From NCBI RefSeq assembly GCF_947495205.1, contig NZ_CANLXV010000009.1, forward strand, positions 1,243 to 65,242: 64,000 nt of DNA, written 5' to 3'. The notes beneath the pieces were generated by a model, which was given only the letters and a program-made list of their open reading frames with translations, ran no database searches and was not told the DNA's origin. Of the stretch, positions 21,440 to 29,423 are shown one piece after another; position 1 is the stretch's first letter; every line of letters begins with the position of its first letter. Origin of the DNA: an uncultured Polaribacter sp. (GTDB taxonomy: Bacteria; Bacteroidota; Bacteroidia; Flavobacteriales; Flavobacteriaceae). Made by a program: the position numbers and the translations under genes.

Positions 21440-21527
21440 GATTAAATTTCTAATCTTTAATCTTATCACAATAAGGCTATATGCCGTAGATGAAAATCTT
21501 TAGTCCTGCTTAGGTAGGACTTTTTTT
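21440..21527 (+). ncRNA. tracrRNA: tracrRNA, divergent from cas9
   Basis: The anti-repeat at 21447-21472 can form 24 bp with crRNA repeat nt 1-26, interrupted by a 2-nt UU/UU internal loop. It is followed by AAUAAGGCUAUAUGCCG (nexus-like GGC/GCC hairpin, 21475-21485), AGAU-GAAA-AUCU (21488-21499) and the terminator GUCCU...AGGAC plus U7 (21503-21527). The 5' end is estimated from a TAtaTTTa box at 21428-21435. Confidence 0.8.
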
Positions 21528-21594
21528 GTGCCTTAAGTTTTTACTAAATACCTTTTATTTCTCGTACATTTGCAACTCATTATCAAATTAAAAA

Positions 21595-22809
21595 ATGAGA
21601 CTACACAGAAACTTAACCTTTGCTGTTATAGACAGTATTAGAGATATATTTAACGAAGGCGTTTATGCAGACAAAGCGGTAGAAAAAGCTTTAAAAAGAG
21701 ACAAACGCTGGGGCGCAAGAGATCGTAAATTTGTTGCAGAAACCATTTATGATATTGTACGCTGGAATAGATTATACGCAGAAATAGCAGAAGTAAAAGC
21801 ACCTTATGATAGAGATAACATTTGGAGGTTATTTTCTGTTTGGTGTATTTTAAGAGGAATTAAATTACCAGACTGGAATCAAATTGGTGATGTGCCAGAA
21901 CGTAGAATTAAAGGACGATTTGCAGAACTATCAAAAACAAGAAAATACAGAGAATCTATTCCAGATTGGATGGACGAGATTTGTGTAACTGAATTAGGAG
22001 AAGAAACGTGGACCAAAGAAATTGCAGCTTTAAATGAGCAAGCAAAAGTTATCTTAAGAACCAATACTTTAAATATTTCTAAAGAAATGCTACAAAAAAA
22101 ATTACGTTCAGAAAACGTAATTACAGAGTTTGTGCCAAACCATCCAGATGCCCTTGTATTACCAGAAAGAGCCAATGTTTTTAAAACAGAAGCTTTTCAT
22201 AACGGTTTTTTTGAAGTGCAAGACGCATCATCGCAACTTGTTGCAGCTTATTTAGATGTAAAACCAGGTATGAAAGTGGTAGATACTTGTGCAGGCGCTG
22301 GTGGTAAAACGCTACATTTATCTGCCTTAATGGAAAATAAAGGGCAAATAATTGCCATGGATATTTACGAAAGTAAATTGCGTAAATTAAAAGTAAGAGC
22401 TAAAAGAAATAAAGCGCACAATATAGACATGCGCGTTTTAGACTCTACCAAACCAATTAAAAAACTATATGGTAAGGCAGACAGAGTTTTAATTGATGCA
22501 CCTTGTTCTGGTTTAGGCGTAATTAGAAGAAACCCAGATTCTAAATGGAAATTACAACCAGAATTTATAGATAATATAAAAAAAGTACAACAAGAAATTT
22601 TACAAAGTTATTCTAAAATGGTAAAACCAGGTGGTAAACTGGTATATGCTACATGTTCTGTTTTACCATCAGAAAATCAAAATCAAGTTAATAGTTTCTT
22701 AACATCAGAAGCGGGAAAAGAGTTTACCTTTGTAAAAGATAAAAAAGTATTGGCTCATGTTTCTGGTTTCGATGGTTTTTACATGGCTTTATTAGAAAGA
22801 AAACAGTAG
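21595..22809 (+). CDS. rsmB: RsmB/NOP2/Sun-family rRNA cytosine-C5 methyltransferase
   Basis: 404 aa. NusB-like N-terminus, SAM motif DTCAGAGGKT and catalytic DAPCSGLGVIRRNPD and ATCS motifs. Confidence 0.8.
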   Translation: MRLHRNLTFAVIDSIRDIFNEGVYADKAVEKALKRDKRWGARDRKFVAETIYDIVRWNRLYAEIAEVKAPYDRDNIWRLFSVWCILRGIKLPDWNQIGDVPERRIKGRFAELSKTRKYRESIPDWMDEICVTELGEETWTKEIAALNEQAKVILRTNTLNISKEMLQKKLRSENVITEFVPNHPDALVLPERANVFKTEAFHNGFFEVQDASSQLVAAYLDVKPGMKVVDTCAGAGGKTLHLSALMENKGQIIAMDIYESKLRKLKVRAKRNKAHNIDMRVLDSTKPIKKLYGKADRVLIDAPCSGLGVIRRNPDSKWKLQPEFIDNIKKVQQEILQSYSKMVKPGGKLVYATCSVLPSENQNQVNSFLTSEAGKEFTFVKDKKVLAHVSGFDGFYMALLERKQ

Positions 22810-22855
22810 TTAAAAATGAGTAAAACTGATACTGATAACTTAAATTAATTAAAAA

Positions 22856-25054
22856 ATGATTAAAAAATTATTCCTTTTTATTTTTACCGTTGCATCTTTA
22901 AATGTTTTTTCTCAAGTACAATCTTATTACAGCGATGTAGATTTACAATTAACAGGTGTAGCCTTAAAAAATGCACTGGCAACTAAAATTACAGCAACTC
23001 ATGTTAATTTTTTAGATTATACACCAGATGTTTGGACTGCCTCAAAAGCAACGGACGTAAACCCAAATAACCCAAATGAAGTTTTATTAATTTATGGCTT
23101 TGAAAACGGTTCTGATAGCAATTTAGAAAACGATAGAACTAGAAACATTAACGTGAATGGTGGTGCAGCTTCAGATTGGAACAGAGAACACGTATTTGCT
23201 AGATCTCTTGGAAACCCCAATTTAGGAACAGTAGGTCCTGGTGCAGATGCGCATCATTTAAGACCAGCAGATCCTGGTAGAAATTCTTCTAGAAGTAATC
23301 GAAAATTTGGAAGAGGAACAGGTAATTCTGGTTTTTCTTCATTAGACACTCATCAAGGAAATGATGGCCCAAATACAGCGGCTTATTATCCTGGAGATGA
23401 ATGGAAAGGAGATGTTGCAAGAATGATAATGTATATGTACGTGCGTTATGGTAATGTTTGTTTACCAACTGCAGTTGGCGTTGGTAGCAATACAAATACG
23501 CCAGATGACATGATTGATTTATTTTTAAAATGGAATGTAGAAGATCCTGTTTCTGATTTTGAAAGAGCTAGAAATACCTATCATGAAAACACCAATAATG
23601 CTGCTGCACAAGGAAATAGAAATCCTTTTATAGACAACCCATTTTTGGCAACAAGAATTTGGGGTGGAGATTCTGCACAAGATACTTGGGGAATTTATAC
23701 ATCTAATGATAGAGAAGCACCAACAGCACCAACAAATGTAACAATTAACAACATTACTTTTACTTCCTTTAATATTTCTTGGACAGCATCTACAGATAAT
23801 GAAGCGGTAACCGGTTATGATGTTTTTGTTGATGGAACTTTAGCAACGCAAACCACTACCACTAATGCTACCCTTACAAACCTAACACCAAATACTAGCT
23901 ATGCAATAACAATTTTAGCTAAAGATTTAGTAAATAACAAATCTGCATTAAGTACTGTTGCAAATGGAACAACATTAGCAGATACTGTTGCTCCTTCTAT
24001 GCCTACTAATGTTATAGCTAACAATATTTCAGACACTTCTTTTACGTTTTCTTGGACAGCATCTACAGACAACAATGCAATTGCTTCTTATGATGTTTAT
24101 TTAAATAATCAATTAGACCAAAACGTAACAGGTACAACTGCTATTATAACTGGGTTGGCAGCAACAACAGCATATACAGCATACGTTATTGCAAAAGATA
24201 CCTCTGGTAATGTTTCTGTAAAATCTAACACCATAACTGTTACTACTATAGAAGGTGGCAATGGTGTTGCAGACGAATTATTTATTTCTGAATATGTAGA
24301 GCCAAATACCGGAAACAACAAAGCCATAGAAATTGTAAATCTTACAGGTAAAACTGTAAGTTTAGCTGGTTATTCTTTGCAAAAACAATCTAATGGAGGC
24401 AGTTGGGTAGATAATTTAGCATTAGACAATCAAAGCTTTATTTTACAAGGTTCTTCTGCAAGTATTTTACCAAATGATGTTTTTGTAATTATACACTCTG
24501 GAGCATCAGAAACAGAGTTAACTAGCAATGCAGATATGGAAGTACCAAGCAATGCTAATCCGCCTTATCAATTTGCATCACCTTTAAACTTTAATGGAAA
24601 TGATCCTGTTGGATTGTATAAAAATGGCGTTTTAATAGACATGGTTGGAGAGTTAAATAACTCTAGCAACCACATACAAAACATTACCTTAAGAAGAAAC
24701 GGAGATATTAGCAAACCCAACCCTGTTTTTAGTGAACAAGGAGAATGGGAAGCATTTCCTGTAAATACCTACAGTGGTATTGGTTCTTTTACGAGTACAT
24801 TAAGTACAGAAGACAACCAAATTTTAGACGCCATAAAGATTTTCCCAAATCCTGTAAAGGGAAATAACCTTTCTATTTCTAATAAAGAAGCGGTTACTCT
24901 TAAAATTTATAACGTCTTAGGTACTTTGGTAAAAACAGAAAAATTAAAAGCAAACGCTAAACAAATAGATATTTCTGCATTAACTTCTGGTGTGTATTTA
25001 ATTAATTTTATTTCTGGAGAAAAAACTAGCAGTAAAAAGTTTATAAAATTATAA
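22856..25054 (+). CDS. secreted endonuclease I fused to 2 x FN3, a lamin-tail-like domain and a T9SS C-terminal sorting domain
   Basis: 732 aa with a signal peptide. Endonuclease I-like motifs WNREHVFARS, AHHLRPAD and GNRNPFIDNP. Two FN3-like repeats (PTNV..I..SF..SWTASTDN). LTD-like ELFISEYVEPNTGNNKAIEIVNLTG. C-terminal FPNPV...LKIYNVLG...GVYLINF tail. Confidence 0.85.
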   Translation: MIKKLFLFIFTVASLNVFSQVQSYYSDVDLQLTGVALKNALATKITATHVNFLDYTPDVWTASKATDVNPNNPNEVLLIYGFENGSDSNLENDRTRNINVNGGAASDWNREHVFARSLGNPNLGTVGPGADAHHLRPADPGRNSSRSNRKFGRGTGNSGFSSLDTHQGNDGPNTAAYYPGDEWKGDVARMIMYMYVRYGNVCLPTAVGVGSNTNTPDDMIDLFLKWNVEDPVSDFERARNTYHENTNNAAAQGNRNPFIDNPFLATRIWGGDSAQDTWGIYTSNDREAPTAPTNVTINNITFTSFNISWTASTDNEAVTGYDVFVDGTLATQTTTTNATLTNLTPNTSYAITILAKDLVNNKSALSTVANGTTLADTVAPSMPTNVIANNISDTSFTFSWTASTDNNAIASYDVYLNNQLDQNVTGTTAIITGLAATTAYTAYVIAKDTSGNVSVKSNTITVTTIEGGNGVADELFISEYVEPNTGNNKAIEIVNLTGKTVSLAGYSLQKQSNGGSWVDNLALDNQSFILQGSSASILPNDVFVIIHSGASETELTSNADMEVPSNANPPYQFASPLNFNGNDPVGLYKNGVLIDMVGELNNSSNHIQNITLRRNGDISKPNPVFSEQGEWEAFPVNTYSGIGSFTSTLSTEDNQILDAIKIFPNPVKGNNLSISNKEAVTLKIYNVLGTLVKTEKLKANAKQIDISALTSGVYLINFISGEKTSSKKFIKL

Positions 25055-25092
25055 CACCTTAAAAGTTGTATTTTATTGTTAATAACCCTTTT

Positions 25093-25122
25093 AAAAAACT
25101 CGCAAATATTGCGAGTTTTTTT
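25093..25122 (+). terminator. intrinsic terminator after the nuclease gene
   Basis: ctcgc (25099-25103) / gcgag (25111-25115) stem followed by T7. Confidence 0.55.
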
Positions 25123-25185
25123 ATGCGCTAAATTCATTGTAAAGAATTAAATTTGTAGCTTATAAATTATTGCAAACTATAAAAA

Positions 25186-28100
25186 ATGATTCATTTCTTT
25201 GGAAACAAAAACAGTAAGGTATTTGCTGTTCAAACAACAAAAGAATTTACCGCAGAAACTATTGCCAAATTAACATGGTTATTTGGTGACGCACCAAAAA
25301 TAGACGAGGCATCAATAGATGCTTTTTTTATTGGTCCAAGAGCGGCAATGATAACGCCTTGGAGCACAAATGCTGTAGAAATTACCCAAAATATGGGAAT
25401 TTCAGATATCATTAGAATTGAAGAATTTATGGCTATATCAGAAGATTTTGCCGACTTTGATCCTATGATTTCAGAGAAATTTAAAAGTTTACATCAAGAA
25501 TCATTTACCGTAAAAGTGCAACCAGAAGCTATTTTAGAAATAGAAAACGTTGCCGCGTATAACAAGCAAGAAGGTTTATCTTTAAGTGATGAAGAGGTTA
25601 CTTATTTAGAAAGTGTAGCAAATAAAATAGGAAGAAAGCTAACCGATTCAGAAGTTTTTGGTTTTAGTCAAGTAAACTCAGAACATTGTAGGCATAAAAT
25701 ATTTAATGGAACTTTTGTAATTGATGGTGAAGAAATGCCAACTTCATTATTCAAATTAATAAAAGAAACATCAAAGCAATTTCCTAACGATATTGTTTCA
25801 GCATATAAAGATAATGTTGCCTTTGTAAAAGGACCTAAAGTAGAGCAATTTGCGCCAAAAACAGCAGATAAACCAGATTTTTATACAACCTCAGATTATG
25901 ATTCTGTAATTTCATTAAAAGCAGAAACACATAACTTCCCAACTACTGTAGAGCCTTTTAATGGCGCTGCTACAGGCTCTGGAGGAGAAATTAGAGATAG
26001 GCTTGCTGGCGGAAAAGGATCTTTACCCTTGGCAGGAACCGCTGTTTACATGACTTCTTATTCTCGTTTAGAAGAAAACAGGTTTTGGGAACACAAATTC
26101 AAAGAAAGAAATTGGTTATACCAAACACCAATGGACATTTTAATTAAAGCCTCTAATGGTGCTTCTGATTTTGGTAACAAATTTGGGCAACCTTTAATTA
26201 CAGGTTCTGTTTTAACTTTTGAGCATGAAGAAAACAACTCTTCTAGTGAGGCTCCTGCAAGAAAATTAGGGTTTGATAAAGTAATTATGCAAGCTGGTGG
26301 TATTGGCTATGGCAAAGTAGAACAAGCTTTAAAAGATACGCCAAAAGAAGGCGATAAAATTGTAATTCTTGGTGGAGAAAACTATAGAATTGGTATGGGT
26401 GGTGCTGCAGTTTCTTCTGCAGATACAGGAGAATTTGCTTCTGGTATAGAATTAAATGCCGTACAACGTTCTAATCCAGAAATGCAAAAACGTGCCGCAA
26501 ATGCAGTTCGTGGAATGGTAGAAAGTGAAGAAAATTTTATTGTTTCTATTCACGATCATGGTGCTGGTGGCCATTTAAATTGTTTGTCTGAATTAATAGA
26601 AGATACTGGTGGAAAAATAGATTTAGATAAATTACCCGTTGGAGACCCAACCTTGTCTGCAAAAGAAATAATTGGTAACGAGTCTCAAGAAAGAATGGGC
26701 TTGGTTATTGCAGAAAAGCATACAGAAACCTTACAAAAAATAGCAGAAAGAGAACGCTCGCCAATGTATACTGTGGGTAATGTTACTGGCGATAATCGTT
26801 TTACTTTTGAATCTAAAACCACTGGAGAAAAACCAATGGATTTAGCTTTAGAAGACATGTTTGGTTCTTCTCCAAAAACAATAATGACAGACAAAACTAT
26901 TGTTAGAAAATATAAAAACCCACGTTACAAAACTAAAAACTTACAAATTTATTTAGCCCAAGTTTTACAATTAGAAGCTGTAGCTTGTAAAGATTGGTTA
27001 ACAAACAAAGTAGATAGGTGTGTTGGTGGTAAAGTTGCCAAACAACAATGTGTGGGTCCATTGCAAATTCCATTAAATAATGTTGGCGTAATGGCTTTAG
27101 ATTTCAAAGGTAAAGAAGGCGTTGCTACTTCTATTGGCCACTCGCCTATTTCTGGATTAATTCACCCAGAAGCAGGTAGTAGAAATTCTATTACAGAAGC
27201 ATTAACCAATATTATTTGGGCACCTTTAAAAGACAATTTGGCTTCAATTTCATTATCGGCAAATTGGATGTGGCCTTGTAAAAACGAAGGTGAAGATGCA
27301 CGTTTGTACAAAGCTGTTAAAGCAATTTCAGAATTTTCTATAGATTTAGGCATTAATGTACCAACTGGTAAAGATTCTTTGTCTATGAAACAGAAATATG
27401 CTGATGGTGATGTAATATCTCCTGGAACAGTTATTATTTCTGCAGCAGGAAACTGTAATGAAATTACTAAAGTTGTAGAACCTGTTTTACAGGCAAATGG
27501 CGGCAATATTTACTATATAAACATATCTCAAGACGAATACAAATTAGGTGGAAGTTCTTTTAACCAGACTTTAAATGCTATTGGAAATGAAGCGCCAGAT
27601 GTTACAAACGCTCCTTATTTAAAAAACACATTTAACACCATTCAGAAATTAATTAAAGCAAATAAAATTAAGGCTGGGCATGATGTTGCTTCTGGTGGAT
27701 TAATTACTACTTTGTTAGAAATGTGTTTTGCTGATGTAGATTTAGGTGCAAATTTTGATATTTCTGAACTGAACGAAGAAGATTCTATAAAAGTATTGTT
27801 TTCAGAAAATGCAGGTATTGTTTTTCAAGCAGACCAAACTGTTGAAGGTATTTTAGAAGAAGCCGGAATTGTAGCTTTTAAAATTGGTACCGCAAACAAT
27901 TCTGGTGAGGTTGTAATTAAAAACAACGAAGATAAGTTTAGCTTAAATGTTTCAGAATTTAGAGACGTTTGGTACAAAACATCGTATTTATTAGACGATA
28001 AACAAACGGCAAATGGTTTGGCTAAAAACCGTTACGAAAACTTTAAAAAGCAACCTTTACAATACACTTTTCCAAAAGATTTTACAGGAAAATTAGAGGA

Positions 28101-28875
28101 TGTTGCAAACACAGTGAAGCAATCTAACAAACCAAAAGCTGCAATAATTCGTGAAAAAGGAAGTAATTCTGAACGCGAAATGGCAAATGCAATGTATTTA
28201 GCTGGTTTTGATGTAAAAGATGTACACATGACAGATTTAATTTCTGGTCGTGAAACCTTAGAAGACATTCAGTTTATTGGTGCTGTTGGTGGTTTTTCTA
28301 ATTCTGATGTTTTAGGTTCTGCAAAAGGTTGGGCAGGAGCTTTTAAATATAATGAAAAGGCAAATACTGCACTTAAAAACTTCTTTAAAAGAGAAGATAC
28401 TTTATCGGTTGGTATTTGTAATGGCGCACAGCTATGGATGGAATTGGATTTAATAAATCCTGAACATAAAATACATGGTAAACTGGTACATAACGATTCT
28501 AAAAAGCACGAAAGTTCTTTTACCTCTGTAAAAATTCAAGAAAATAATTCAGTAATGCTATCTTCTTTAGCAGGAACTGAGTTAGGGGTTTGGATTTCGC
28601 ACGGAGAAGGTAAATTTAACTTACCAGAAGCAGAAGAAAACTATAATATTGTTGCCAAATATGCTTATGAAGGTTACCCAAACAACCCAAATGGCTCTGA
28701 TTTTAATACAGCAATGTTATCGGATAAATCTGGAAGACATTTAGTAACTATGCCACATATAGAACGTTCTACTTTTCAATGGAATTGGGCACATTACCCA
28801 ACAGACAGACAAGACGAAGTTACGCCTTGGTTAACAGCTTTTGTAAACGCAAGATTTTGGATAGAGAACAAATAA
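25186..28875 (+). CDS. purL: phosphoribosylformylglycinamidine synthase, single-chain
   Basis: 1229 aa. AIR-synthase-like repeats and a C-terminal glutamine amidotransferase domain (GICNGAQL, HGEG). Confidence 0.93.
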   Translation: MIHFFGNKNSKVFAVQTTKEFTAETIAKLTWLFGDAPKIDEASIDAFFIGPRAAMITPWSTNAVEITQNMGISDIIRIEEFMAISEDFADFDPMISEKFKSLHQESFTVKVQPEAILEIENVAAYNKQEGLSLSDEEVTYLESVANKIGRKLTDSEVFGFSQVNSEHCRHKIFNGTFVIDGEEMPTSLFKLIKETSKQFPNDIVSAYKDNVAFVKGPKVEQFAPKTADKPDFYTTSDYDSVISLKAETHNFPTTVEPFNGAATGSGGEIRDRLAGGKGSLPLAGTAVYMTSYSRLEENRFWEHKFKERNWLYQTPMDILIKASNGASDFGNKFGQPLITGSVLTFEHEENNSSSEAPARKLGFDKVIMQAGGIGYGKVEQALKDTPKEGDKIVILGGENYRIGMGGAAVSSADTGEFASGIELNAVQRSNPEMQKRAANAVRGMVESEENFIVSIHDHGAGGHLNCLSELIEDTGGKIDLDKLPVGDPTLSAKEIIGNESQERMGLVIAEKHTETLQKIAERERSPMYTVGNVTGDNRFTFESKTTGEKPMDLALEDMFGSSPKTIMTDKTIVRKYKNPRYKTKNLQIYLAQVLQLEAVACKDWLTNKVDRCVGGKVAKQQCVGPLQIPLNNVGVMALDFKGKEGVATSIGHSPISGLIHPEAGSRNSITEALTNIIWAPLKDNLASISLSANWMWPCKNEGEDARLYKAVKAISEFSIDLGINVPTGKDSLSMKQKYADGDVISPGTVIISAAGNCNEITKVVEPVLQANGGNIYYINISQDEYKLGGSSFNQTLNAIGNEAPDVTNAPYLKNTFNTIQKLIKANKIKAGHDVASGGLITTLLEMCFADVDLGANFDISELNEEDSIKVLFSENAGIVFQADQTVEGILEEAGIVAFKIGTANNSGEVVIKNNEDKFSLNVSEFRDVWYKTSYLLDDKQTANGLAKNRYENFKKQPLQYTFPKDFTGKLEDVANTVKQSNKPKAAIIREKGSNSEREMANAMYLAGFDVKDVHMTDLISGRETLEDIQFIGAVGGFSNSDVLGSAKGWAGAFKYNEKANTALKNFFKREDTLSVGICNGAQLWMELDLINPEHKIHGKLVHNDSKKHESSFTSVKIQENNSVMLSSLAGTELGVWISHGEGKFNLPEAEENYNIVAKYAYEGYPNNPNGSDFNTAMLSDKSGRHLVTMPHIERSTFQWNWAHYPTDRQDEVTPWLTAFVNARFWIENK

Positions 28876-28892
28876 TAAAATCTATTTCCTTT

Positions 28893-28934
28893 AAAAAAAA
28901 CAGCTTTTAGAATTACTAAAAGCTGTTTTTTTTT
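28893..28934 (+). terminator. intrinsic terminator after purL
   Basis: cagctttta (28901-28909) / taaaagctg (28917-28925) stem followed by T9. Confidence 0.65.
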
Positions 28935-29012
28935 GCGTTAGGGATTGCAGCATTGTTTGAGCTCTCCCGCTTTTTAGCGGGAAGCGAGTGCGTAAAGCCC
29001 GTTAAAACGCCC
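28935..29012. other. isolated GC-rich structured element of unknown function
   Basis: gcgttagggattgcagcattgtttgagctctcccgctttttagcgggaagcgagtgcgtaaagcccgttaaaacgccc. It stands out sharply from the AT-rich flanks and contains the hairpin tcccgc-ttttta-gcggga. Confidence 0.4.
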
Positions 29013-29423
29013 AAATAAAATGTTTCTATAAAAAAGACGCTAATTTTTTAATTTTCAGTAAAATACGTAAGTTAAAAAACAAGTAAAAACACCTATCTGT
29101 AGTTTAAAAAATAAAATTAATTTGCGCCATAATGGAAACTGATTGGATTAGGGGCTAATCATAACCAAATTATAGCTAGCTTCTTTTTACACAAAAAAGA
29201 GGCTAGTTTCTATAGCATACAACTTTCTATAGTATTATTCTCCCAATAATTATTTCTGTGATTTAAATAATTAAGCTAATTTTTATAAGTTAGCTTAATT
29301 TATTTTAAGAAATAATTATTTTATATGATAAAATTATAAATATTTCTTAAAAAACCATCTATTAAAATAACTATTTGTTAAATACCTGTAAATTCCCTAA
29401 TTTGCAGTAACAAAATTAAATTT

